This document shows, piece by piece, positions 1 through 11,537 of a DNA stretch of 64,000 bases. Numbering within the stretch: the first letter of the stretch is position 1; each line of letters begins with the position of its first letter. The notes below the pieces were generated by a model. It saw only the letters and a list, made by a program, of their open reading frames with translations. It made no database searches and was not told the origin of the DNA. Origin of the DNA: Phoronis australis (taxonomy: Eukaryota > Animalia > Phoronida); NCBI GenBank assembly GCA_002633005.1, contig NMRA01000556.1, positions 215,448 through 279,447 on the forward strand, in the 5' to 3' direction. Made by a program: the position numbers and the translations under genes.

Positions 1-346
1 CTTTGACTTAACTAGCGTATGTTTTAACACTTTTCGAAAGTTTCAAAATACATGTACGTGTAGCTGAAAACTTATCAGCAGACACTTTTGCCTGTAGGTT
101 TTTCGATAATGACGAAGAAAATTATATCCCAAACTTATCTCTAGTGCAAGTTACTGTTGTAGTCACAATGTGAGGTGTAAGTTATTCTGCACTCTTAGTA
201 TTTAAATGTTTCAAGTGATCCAGCCAATATATCGCTTGTTACGTCGCAAGGTTCGATATACCAGTGTTAGCGGGCGTGAGAGTCAAAACACGTGCATTTT
301 GATAACTGCTTTTGGCAACACCGGCTTATTCTTCTTGGTCAACAAA

Positions 347-646
347 ATGACTAAGATCTGTCTTTTATTGACAATTTCAACCTTCCTTCGCGGAATTAGC
401 TACGCAGCTGATGTTAAATGGAAGCTAGGTGACTTGAACGCTCAACTAGTCGCTCTCACAGCAAACATTTCCAAGGAGTGTGCGTCACTACCTGAAATGC
501 CTTTAACACCTTACGTGGATAACACGAAGTATGCTGTGTTGTTGGATCTCGAAGTGGGACTGGCAAAGGCGACTTTAAATTACACTGAACAACTTTACAA
601 GCAATGTCAGCGTGCACGGCTGGATAACGTAACATGTATGTATTAA
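347..646 (+). CDS. Orphan small secreted helical protein, 99 aa (or the first exon of an unresolved gene)
   Basis: ATG at 347 in AAAATG context. Signal-like MTKICLLLTISTFLRGISYA, then two amphipathic helices with Cys in KEC and KQC. Possible donors at 629 and 636, but no convincing downstream exon. Confidence 0.5.
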   Translation: MTKICLLLTISTFLRGISYAADVKWKLGDLNAQLVALTANISKECASLPEMPLTPYVDNTKYAVLLDLEVGLAKATLNYTEQLYKQCQRARLDNVTCMY

Positions 647-936
647 TTTATGACTATTGTGAAAATACCATATTCAGATGTATGACTACATGAACATGAT
701 CCATGATTTTCTGCCTTTGCCACTCTAATTGCATAAGGTTGCTGCAAAAAGAGGAACATGTAGTGTATGACCTCTATCGCAACACGTCTACTCCCATGAT
801 GTGTTACCGTGCCGTCCGTCTCCATGGAGACTGTAGTTAAATTTTGATAACATGATCCAGCTAGATGGTTATGAACTGATTACAGATTTTAAACATGAAT
901 GTCACAAATTATCTACACCACGTTTGAGAACCAGAC

Positions 937-1147
937 ATGGCTGGGGTGTTCGTCTTAGTCGTTATTACCGTTTCTTCGTTTGTTGAAGGTCAGGTAGATC
1001 AGAGCGTCATTTCCGGTTTGAAGAAACAACTTGACCAGCTAGAAACGAAAGTCAACATACAAGATGACCTCCTTGTGAAAGCCCATCGGGATATCTATAC
1101 GTTCAACCAGAAAGTTATAGATCTTGGATCTAAACAGAGTCGCTTTG
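937..1147 (+). CDS. CTHRC1-like gene exon 1: signal peptide and coiled coil
   Basis: MAGVFVLVVITVSSFVEG signal; heptad pattern LKKQLDQLETKVNIQDDLL; donor G|GTAACT at 1148, phase 1. Confidence 0.8.
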
Positions 1148-4100
1148 GTAACTATCCATGGGCAATTTTAACAGCGTCATAAGCACGTACAACCTCGCTG
1201 TTACAAAAGTGTGCATTTCGAACTGTTTTGCTGACACTATTTAAGGCGCTAGCTGACCTGATTTTCTCCCTGTTCAACGGGCTTAAACGAAAGTTGAATC
1301 ACACAATCCACCATCACAAAATCATTCTCACAATTATATTCATTACTGTGATCGTTTTCTACAGTATTTCGAGCACCAAGTCAAATGACAGGCAAAGGCA
1401 ATATTTTCATGTGCTATTTTCGACATTGACATTTTAGGGTTGGCTAAACCCAGAATTCCTCAAGTGCTTTTTAGTTACTGAAGATCTCGACGTTCTTGTT
1501 GGAAACGTAAATGTTATCATTCGACTGGTAAGGAGTTACATGAGACCGACTCTATGAGAATGAAACGCCAAAATCGATTTCCTTGTTTAGCACGAACGTG
1601 GTGATTACCAGTCTAAGTGTACACCTCGAATTGTGCCTACAATCGCACATTTTTGCAGCTCTTGCCACGGTATTAATGCGTACTGCATCCACAATGATAA
1701 TGTAGACGAATCTAATCAATTTTTGACAATGCCAAACTATGAAAATTATTGATAACAGTAATGGACGCTACTTTAAATCGAGATCACAAGTCTTTATTCC
1801 GACAACTAGAGGGCAATGAACTAAACACTGTACATGTATACTGTATGTACTTGTACTGTAGGCACATGTGCACTGCAATACGTCTGATCAAGCAGTAACT
1901 TCAAGGTCAGCTATAGGGGATCGTACAAGTACAATACCTTAAGGAATGCAAGCATTATTGGCTATAAGACGAATTTAAGCGTTACTCACTCCCGATCGTC
2001 ACTATTATTGTGATGCACACTAAATTAATATGCATGTTTCAGACTTAGTAGGACTTTATCAGAATCAAAATCAGAAACGTCTATTGTATGTAGGAATTGG
2101 CCTCATGAAACAATTCACATTACAACTTTCCAATGATAAAATGTGAGCTCTTGGGACTGTTGCTCTAGAAATAGTGCCAGGCTTTAGTTCACAACGATTT
2201 TTGAATTTCAAATAACCTACATGTAACTACTCTGGCATCTTTTGCGATCGTCATAAAATTTCTCCATAGATCACCAGGTACAGGGCAGTGACACATAGTG
2301 CGTTATTGGACAATTATTGTTGTTATTTCACAATTGTCACTCATATGTTGCAGAGTCAATGGTGTCGTCTCGGCGAGTGCATCAGTACACGTGGCCGGCG
2401 CTTAATGATGACAATGACGATGGCGAGCTGACAGTACGTCACTTGGCGATATGCTTTCCTATTCTGCTGTGAACAGTAGACGAAAGAATCTCGAAGTAAA
2501 CCACTGTGATCACCTGCTTCGCTTATAATACGTGGGGATATCTCGTGAAGTGTTTCGTGATCTTGAGTTTCCGCGAGTTTCTCTCGTCTACAGAACGAAC
2601 GCTTGAGCTTTGTAATACACTCCCAGTTTCGGAGGTATCCTTGTGCCATTTTTATCGCATCCCTTATTTAAAAGGAAACTCATGTTTTTGAAGACCAGTT
2701 TGGCTCATTTGGCCTATTTGACTTACTATCACCCGTATTTTGAACCTTTTAGTTGATTTCTATCGTGAGACTCGGAAAATGGAAGTCCTCAAACCGGAAG
2801 CTGTGACGTAGTGAGCACGTTCTGAAAACGTTATCCGGTCTTGGTAACGTTTTGCCATTGCACAAGCTGTTCAAAAGCCTACAGCCTCGTAGATTTTCTA
2901 TTGTGCACCCCGGTTACATAACAGTATGAGCAATTTGACTGACGCAATAGTGCCAGAAACAGGTAGCCTATAGGAGAATGCCATGCTCATGCTAATTCAG
3001 TGTTTGCTGACAGAAACTGTTGTGAAACAATTCGATTTCTTTACCACGGCCAGGTGTCAGGGAATTTTTATTTACATTTACATTATTCAAATAATGATTG
3101 TCAATGTAAAACTTCTACCGTGACGGCTCTGTGGCCAAAGCGGAAACTGACTTCATTCGCGGCCCTAGACGATTAAGTATATTTGCAGTTTCGTGGCTAA
3201 TTCACCAAAATAATCACGTGCACTTTATTTCTTTAGCTCATTAGTGCTTCTTGACTAGAAGTTTAGTTTCCAACTTTGGATGGTTTATGTTCGTGATGTA
3301 TGATCGGCTTCCGAGCCACTGGCACCGATAACGAGTGGTCCCGCCGGCCGCGACGGGCCTGATCGGGCTCCGAGCCACTGGTCAGGATAACAATCGTTTT
3401 GTGTGTTTAGAACTCAAAATTAACAAGTCTAAAAACACAGATCTAGGTCCTCCTGTCTGTATCTCACGGAAAAATACTCAGAATTTATCTCCGAACAGAC
3501 CCCAAACTCCTTCTACGGATCTTATTAGCCTGCCGAACTTTGTAGGCTACGGTGTCTCCAAACACCAATAAATCCGCAACAGCGAAATAAAACAACACGT
3601 TTTTATAAGAACTCGGTGTATTTTTAAGGGTTTTACATCGAAGTTTGATGATTTATTGGTATTAAACGATGAATTCAAGCAACTAAGCTGACACCAGTAA
3701 CCCGTGTTGTGAACTGCTGAACAGACCGCGTGTGAAACCAATTACGTCATTGGATAATTTCAACACCTCCGTCTGCCGTCAGGTGTCAGGAAACGCAACC
3801 GTACGTGCCCTTATGAAGTAGAACTACTCGATCATTATGCGTCACAGTTCAGGTTTGAAGACATGTTTAGATCGGACTATAGTGCTTTACGTTTCACATT
3901 AATTTAAGTACGACACTTTCGCCGCAGTAAAATGCCAGGATCAGTTAAATCGTTTGTTCAGTACGCTGGGATCTTTTGGGTGGAAAATCACAGGAAGTAA
4001 AGGAATGATTTCTCGGACGCACGGTGGTGTACAATCAGGACTGAAATTTTGTGAAAACTTTGTTGTAACGAATTTTCTACCCTTTAATCCCGTCTAAAGC

Positions 4101-6411
4101 TGCTTCAACCGACCTGATTTTGTTGTTCTGTCACGAGTGTAGCTAGGCTAAGGATTGGCTGCATCATTTACGCCCTTTTCACAAGTTTCAATCTTTTCAA
4201 CGCCTTTACATCATTCTGGTGCTATTCTGCCGCTAACTACATGTAAGTTTTCCTGAACTTAAGACTGCCTCGGATTCAGGCTCGGATTAGCTCCGTACCA
4301 TGAACACTACTGTGAGAACCAAGCTTTAACAGCGACCTACCGCGATTTCGCGGAAATAAGTATGAAAGAATCTTCTTCAGCGAATAATCCTTGTTTTTCA
4401 TCAGTGATAGGTATTTCAAACTTTCAAATTCCTAGTTTCCCAGTCACACTGGAGTGACGACCTCATGTCCAATAGTCTTGTGCACGGTGAACTGCAGAGA
4501 CTGCCTAATGAGTCACGGTTGCGCATTTTTTTCAGTCAGTTGAGTACATCAAGGAAAAAGACGCCACAGGACTGCGTGTCTCTTGGAGCGGAAACATAGG
4601 CGTGTACGTCACGGGAGATTACGGTGGTTGTAATCGTTGGTACTTTAAGTTCAATGGTTACGAGTGCAACAAGCCAGTTCCTATAGACCTGCTGTATTTT
4701 GCCCAGAATACGAAAAACATCCCGCATGTACCGGCATCAGGTACGGTCATAGAGCATGTGTAAGGTTTAAGGGGATTAACGTAAAGCCATTTTTTGATTT
4801 TCTTAATATAGGCGTTGCTGTCACCGCACTTTCCCTTGCTATAGAATTCAAGCAAGAGCAGTGTTGTGAACTACAGTACAAGTCCAAGGTACATGTATCC
4901 GGCAATACGATCCTTAATTCTACGTCATAACGGGTTTGCGTAAATCCAATTCATAATCAGAGTAGACTTCCTTCAAGACCGAGAATAAAAGGGAGTTGTT
5001 AACAAGAGAATTTGTGAGACGACTAAGCCGTCCTCCGCTTTAATAGTCAGTACCAGTCATTTTTAAAGTAAACAATATTAGCCGTCATGACGGAGAAACT
5101 GTATTTTGTGTACCTCCTTAATCGAAAAGACCAATTAATCATGACTTTCGTTCTGTAAATCCAGTTTTTAATACTAGTTTGCCAAAATCATGCAAGTGAA
5201 AGTCGTTTGATTCGCGATCTTTTACAAGCGTACATGTAGACTAAAGAGATATTCCGGTAGGCTGGAATGAGGATGGATTCTCTGATTGTTGCCGTAAGTG
5301 TTTCACGAATGTTTTGCGTTGCGTAACAAAGCTTCCCCGCATTTCTCTGCATTCGCTTTTGTCACCAAAGGCAATAAACACCTTGGGCAGAATGACTGTT
5401 TATTCCGTTTACGGCGCTGTGTTTCAAGTAACAAGTACATGTACCATACCCCAAAAAATTCTTCTTTGTACTTTCAACGTGCACACTGGCGCACGCCACA
5501 GCACTCACAACGCAATTAGCCTAGCAATTCTATGCACATTTAATTGACTCATTTGTCTTTGCGCGTCAGATCAACGTTTGGACAAGAATGTCACAACAAG
5601 CTGCGTAATAATTTGAAGGCACTCTTTGTGAGGGGAGGGACAAGTCATATTTCTATGGTCTTCGAATACGTTTGTATTGCTTAATCGCCTAGCATTTACG
5701 CGCTTGTCATGAACAGCAAAACATTTCGATGTTAACTAGGTTATAAAATCGCCTCCTTTAAAACGATTTAGGCCACTTACTGGCACAGAACTGTTATCGC
5801 CCTGTTTCGTAACGCGATGTAGAGCGATTTTAGGAACTGTTATTGATTGAGACAAGGCTCAACTAGTTGTCGTGACGTCATTGATCATTTTATCCATCTA
5901 CATGGTTACAAGCTCAAGCGGACATCCAGTTCTTCTTTCGTCAAGCAGAGCTAGTATTTCAGTTCCGTGTGCCAAGATTTCTCACCGTAAGTGAGTCGTG
6001 AATGTCTTGCATTACAGAAGCCCCCCCCCCCCAGAGCCGNACCACTGGAGTTCATAACTAATGCATATACAATGTATATAGACTGTTTAGTGAAGATACT
6101 CGCCACTAAGCGCTGGCGAGAACACAGGTTTGTTCATGGTGCGAAGACTGCGTGATCCCTCCAAACTGGGAAGGCACTCATCCTCAATAAACGCACCCCT
6201 GAATCAACAGCCGGATTTTTCGTCTGAATCTAAGATTATCAACATTGTAATTTCAGTGGATGGTGTATGCTCTGGTCTGAAATCTGGTAAAATCAAAGTA
6301 TCTTTGCACGTTGGGACCTGCACTGGGTACAAGTATGTCAAACATGGAGATGCCTACACTGGATTTAACTCTCCTACGCGACTGCTGATCGAAGAAGTAA
6401 AGTTGGAATAA
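937..6411 (+). CDS. Secreted CTHRC1 C-terminal-domain protein with an N-terminal coiled coil; join(937..1147,2354..2433,4536..4740,6257..6411), 216 aa
   Basis: All introns GT-AG, phases 1/0/1 consistent, total 651 nt. Motifs HQYTWPALNDDNDDGEL, GLRVSWSGNI, CNRWYFKFNGYECNKPVPID, VDGVCSGL, VSLHVGTC and GDAYTGFNSPTRLLIEEV match the CTHRC1 C-domain (QRWYFTFNGAECSGPLPIE; GDASTGWNSVSRIIIEEL). Confidence 0.9.
2354..2433 (+). CDS. CTHRC1-like gene exon 2 (not in the ORF track)
   Basis: TTGCAG acceptor, GTACGT donor; encodes ESMVSSRRVHQYTWPALNDDNDDGELT, equivalent to NYKQCSWSSLNYGIDLGKI. Confidence 0.8.
3302..3391. repeat. Two-copy direct repeat, period 59
   Basis: GATCGGCTTCCGAGCCACTGGCACCGATAAC at 3302 and GATCGGGCTCCGAGCCACTGGTCAGGATAAC at 3361. 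Confidence 0.7.
4536..4740 (+). CDS. CTHRC1-like gene exon 3 (not in the ORF track)
   Basis: TTTTTTTCAG acceptor, G|GTACGG donor; encodes SVEYIKEKDATGLRVSWSGNIGVYVTGDYGGCNRWYFKFNGYECNKPVPIDLLYFAQNTKNIPHVPAS. Confidence 0.9.
6257..6411 (+). CDS. CTHRC1-like gene terminal exon
   Basis: TTTCAG acceptor; encodes VDGVCSGLKSGKIKVSLHVGTCTGYKYVKHGDAYTGFNSPTRLLIEEVKLE-stop. Confidence 0.9.
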
Positions 6412-6844
6412 TCTCCCTTGTCACGTCTATCCTCCACCACAACAGCGGATTCCTGGGATCCTGATTCAACCTTGGTAATTTTAAGCTTGCGATAGGACCG
6501 AAATCTTTCCTCAGATCGCGAGCTCTACTTTATATTTTATGTTTTTGTTTTGCTTAAGAGAACAGTCAGAGCAATTGGCTTTAGTTTTTCACTTGGGGTG
6601 GTTCATATTTAGGGAAACGAGTGCAAAACCTTGATTTACACTTGGCAACTCCAATATTGAAAGGACACTTTGGAAATTGTACACGTAGCTTTACGGTGTC
6701 GTCAGTGCAAACTGCTTAATTAAGCCATGTTGTGCTTTTTCACAGAATTAAATATGAAACAAACCGCGCTTTCTGTCGGAAAACAACTTTGGATTCAGAC
6801 CACTTCCTGTGATTAGACCCGCCTATCTTCCCTCTTGGTCTATT

Positions 6845-6850
6845 AATAAA
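6845..6850 (+). terminator. Candidate polyadenylation signal of the CTHRC1-like gene
   Basis: AATAAA about 430 nt after the stop codon. Confidence 0.5.
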
Positions 6851-6881
6851 CGATACCTAGGTTTGTCAAGCTTGGCTCAAT

Positions 6882-6887
6882 TTTATT
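6882..6887 (-). terminator. Candidate polyadenylation signal of the PAN-CUB gene (distal isoform)
   Basis: TTTATT on + reads AATAAA on -, about 1.76 kb after the distal stop at 8645. Confidence 0.3.
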
Positions 6888-8644
6888 CCATGTCACGGCG
6901 TGTTACTTTACGCCGTCGAAACAGAATGGTAGTCATGATATTACAGACGTAAGGTTGTCACCAATTTCAGTTTAAACAGAGACTGAGAACGCGATGACAT
7001 TGCTTTGGAAGAAAATCGTTTTTGACGCGAGAACATCAGTGTACAGGTGGTTTGAAGACAGTTATCTTTACATTCTTTCTTAAGTGGAACAAGGCTGCCA
7101 AACAAGCGTAAAATGTAGTCCGAGTGGTGGATTTAAAATGAAGCGAAAAAGACTGGTGTAGGTACTGTACGCTTAAAGGCGAATTTTTTAGTCTTCTTAC
7201 GCGTTTGGGAAGACAAATAGTTCTTACTTATACCATAGCAAGGTATTGAATTAAAAACACAACTATACATGTAAAATTATAGTTATGCAATGTGAAACGG
7301 ACACGCTTTATCGATAGACAATTAATTAAAAAACGTATACATGTATTTCACAACAAAACCGTAATTTACAATTTTCATCACAGACATCATAAATTATCTT
7401 CATATCATAAATAATTATTTACAAACCTCGATACAGAAAAATCACATGGTCGATGTCACCAAGTGAAACAACATTATTATTTTGGAGGCAATTACAAAAT
7501 TGCACAAGGTGCACCTTTCAACAACCCGACCTCGTTTTGAAACATTGAATCCGATATCGATATCAATGCTTTTTGGTAAAAATAGTCTCTTGAATGGTGA
7601 TGCTTCGGCTAGTTTAAAGCTGGTGACTTCAACCATTTACAGGTAGTTCTTTCAAGTCACTTAACAAATCGAGATGGTTAAAGTCACTGCTGAACCTGTT
7701 TCCAAAACACGATTCAGACTGCAGTACATGTACATGTATGTGTGAACTAGATGCTACTTGTGCTTATAATGACTACATGTACATTTCATGCTAAAAGAGA
7801 TTCGCAGAATCCTCAAACAGGACGCTAACGAAGCAATGCTTACCAGACGGGCAGTGATCTTTTCCCAATTCCAGTTATACTAGATCGATAATTATGGAAT
7901 TTCTGGAATATTCGGAGGTTTGGGTAACTAAAATGACTTTGTAAATATCTGCATATCGACGTCACATGAATTCATCGCCATTTCATCATGTGTACACGTA
8001 TTGTCATTGCAAAATTACAGTCTTTATTGCCAAATCTTCAAGACAGTCGTCAGTTCCTGGATCTAGTAGCGCGGATAACGATTGTTGGAAATTTCTGGAA
8101 TTGGTAACTTTACGCCGTTGCGTAAGAATTCCAATCACCCGTGGCTTCTATAAGCGCGCCACAGTACGATTCCGCGCGTGCGCCCCAGTCCGAAAGGTGA
8201 AGATAAGGACTTTTTCCAATTGGGAAGCAGTGTAAGGCTATCAATTCAAACATAGTTATGTCGAGGAAGGCTACAAAAGACAAAACCCGAGGGCATTGAA
8301 TTTGAATTTACTTCTTACCGTGAGCAGCTTATGTCTCAGATCACACTCACAGCCAAAAGACTTCAAGAGTTTGCCACATATCTATTTTCCAACCAAACTT
8401 TCAAAAGAGTCATTCACTGCCAATGCAACATTTCCAATTTTCTCGACCCATGATCCTCTCCGTGCATCGCGGAATGTTTATTTGAATGAAGCGTGCATCT
8501 TCGTAATCAGTACAGCCGGACACTCAACGACCCCGCATTACCCGCGAGTCAGTTTCATTGTATTCCGCGCCTCCGCAATCCTGCACACTGCTATTTAACG
8601 AGTCCCGATTCAGAGAGTTAATGGGCTGGATCTGTCGTCGGACT

Positions 8645-8720
8645 TCAAACATAATAATTTGACGAACAATTAACCTTGGTTTCAATTGTAGGATCTGGTG
8701 AATCATTTGAGGAATTGGCA
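8645..8720 (-). CDS. PAN-CUB receptor: distal alternative terminal exon ending -NYYV
   Basis: T-rich tract and TCTTCAG acceptor. The phase-2 join to exon 11966-12043 reads N-ANSSNDSPDPTIETKVNCSSNYYV-stop. Confidence 0.6.
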
Positions 8721-11389
8721 CTGAAGACGGCGATTTTGCAATAACAAAACAAGCGACAAAATGACGGAGAATTTATTTATAAAGATTCCAGTCTCGAGAA
8801 AATTCGGGGTTCAACGAAACTATTTTATCTAAACAGTCAATTTAGTTTTTCTTGTTTACCCAGACGTTCAAAAACCCCAGAATCGTCCTTTAAGTGCACA
8901 CTTTTAGCGCAGTACCCTTAACCTGATTAAGTGGAACCGTTTCCATAGTGGTTAACTGAATTGATCTTCACACCTATTGTCAATGGACAATAAACTAGTA
9001 TCAACATACAACGGTATCTCAACAGATACATTGTGCTAACTCCGACTACATCAGTTAACTCTTTAAAACCAAAAATTAGATCCGTGAGACCTTCATCATC
9101 CGTTAAGAAATTGGGGCAAGTTTGAGAGTTTCATACAAAATCTACTAAAATAAACTTGACGATTACGTCAAGGCTGAAATGAAAAACGGATCACAACGAA
9201 TCACGGGGGTCAATTTGTGACACCACTAAATTGTTTTGGCAAACTGATGTGTTTACCTCCCGCTGGCTTCACGTAGTCGGAGAGACTTGGATGGAAAGGT
9301 CAAAATAGAGTTCACCCTTTAAGACCAATACAGGCAGTTCGAAAAACATTTGAGACCTGTCACTTGGGATAGAAGTCTCTGATAACTCGTGGGCCCGGAT
9401 GCCTACAAGTTACATGTATGTATTGTACACTGGATAACTATGACCTTGCATCATCACCGGTCATGTTGAAAACTGCATGTGACGTCACGAAATGAATAAG
9501 TTGAACGTTTTATGCAACCCAGCCCTGGTGTTTTTTTTTGGCAAGCATTTCTTGTGCACAGTGGTTGGCACAGAGAAACCCTCACTGCGAGAAATATAGT
9601 CGTTCACCATGGGAAATTGCACACTTGGACATTTTTCTGAACACTTTAAATCCGCCAGCTGTCTCTTCCTAAAGTCGTACTTGTAGGCAACTAGATTAGA
9701 TACAGTAATCGTCGATCTCGCGTGATCGACCCTATCGCGTCACTTCTAAGGAAGTGTTTTCATAGCCAACACTGCACTACGCGTTTACTAATTTAAAAAT
9801 ACACTCGGAAAGATCACAACCCCAACGGACAGTGTTGACAACTAAACACTTTTCAAAAATCGTATACCATTACAGCTCTCAGACAATTTTCCACCTATAT
9901 ATTAATAATGATTGTCAAAAATGTGGGGTCCGTCAGCCGCGAAAACACGGAATAGCCGAATGCAGGGCTCTGACTGTGACATTTCAACAGCCCTGAATGT
10001 ACAAATTCTGATATTTTACGTATTTTTAAGTGAGAGAGTGAGGAAGCCCTGGTCACTGAGGCTAGTAACCTATGTTGCTAGGTGCGCAAGGCTGCATGCA
10101 CTTTACATGTATCATGGGATGTCGTGACTTTTTAGCGTTACAGTACCTGGGGCGCCGAACAAATACGTGAAAAAGCTATTGAATCATGCGACTCGCTTGT
10201 AATGCAAGGAGACATCTCGTGAGAGCTTTCGAGAATTTAGCTTTTTAAAGAATTTTGCGCTAAAGAACGCTTCCCTGACGCATCTATATCAAGACTAGAG
10301 ATTTATGGGATGTCGTTAAATCTGCTGCCGGAGAACGATTTCACGCAATTCATTGCGAACATCACGTCCCTTTCTCACCGTTAAATGTAAATTTCCACAG
10401 GAGCTCGTAATCCAAGCTTTCACAAAGAATAGGATTTCTTGTAACAAGCAGTTTTGAAGAGACAATTATTTTGTGCGTTTTTACGGTTTTTAGTCTCGGG
10501 ATCGAGTGAGACGATTTCACCTGTAATAGACTTCGTCGTAGGTAGGCTCGTCTTAAACCCTTCAAACTGTAATGGCTACGTTCTCGCTTACTTTGCAAAG
10601 GCCATCAAGTTGCTTCAGTACCTTCAATTGGCACGGCTTAGAAACGTCCATAATCATTGGCAGCACCGCATAAGACATAGACAAAAAATCTGTAGAGATT
10701 GCTTAATTTTAAAAGTATTTCATGCAGCCAGAAATTTACCATCAATACGAATAAACAATCAGCACCTATCAAAACCAAGTGCAAGCCTACAGAACAGACA
10801 ATCGTCTGTGTGACACTTCCCCCATCCTATCTTAGTGGATCCGTGTCGTACACATCTCTGAGCCGGGACTTCAACATGGTTATTAGCAGTCAACAGAGTG
10901 GCAAGTGACATAGTTTTCCCGATCCAGTGTGCCCGAGAACCAAAACCGTGAATGGTTTTTTATAATACTGTTTACTACCACGAATAATTTGACCGCCATA
11001 CCAACTGCAAATCATGCATATGCGCGTATTTAGGCTCATGTAAGTACCTGGATTTTTGATAAAAGGTATTTACAACAGTCCCGTCTTGACATATAGCAAA
11101 GTGTCTCGCTCCTTGTATTGTAATTATCCACAATGCAACACGTGTAACAAGCATTTGCTCCGCAAATCCTGATTTTGCGTGCACGTGAATTCCCTTCAAC
11201 CGGGAATAAGGCACAGCTCGCCTATGGGCACATTGACCTAAATACGCGCATATATGGTGGACCTAGTCATCAATGTTGTTAACCGATTCCCTTGACGGGA
11301 ATTGATGGAATCAATTCGTTCAACCGGAACAGAGGGATGGTCACATAGAGCACTGAGACCAGTGATGTCGACCATTCATCCCCTAACAC

Positions 11390-11537
11390 TCATAATTTTT
11401 CCTGAGGCAAAACTGTGATTTTTGTAGACGGTTTCTTTCTGTATATTTTACTTGACTTCTTGGGAGTGGCGTACAGTGGATTGGCAAAAGATGTTGTTTT
11501 GCTAAACCTCCTGCGGCTTGCATCCATCGCTATAATG
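11390..11537 (-). CDS. PAN-CUB receptor: proximal terminal exon with FANPLY
   Basis: CTTTGCAG acceptor, phase 2; encodes IIAMDASRRRFSKTTSFANPLYATPKKSSKIYRKKPSTKITVLPQEKL-stop. Confidence 0.75.

Noticed and set aside
1438-1527. Possible extra exon of the CTHRC1-like gene
   Set aside because: The phase-1 reading hits a stop, and the gene is complete without it.
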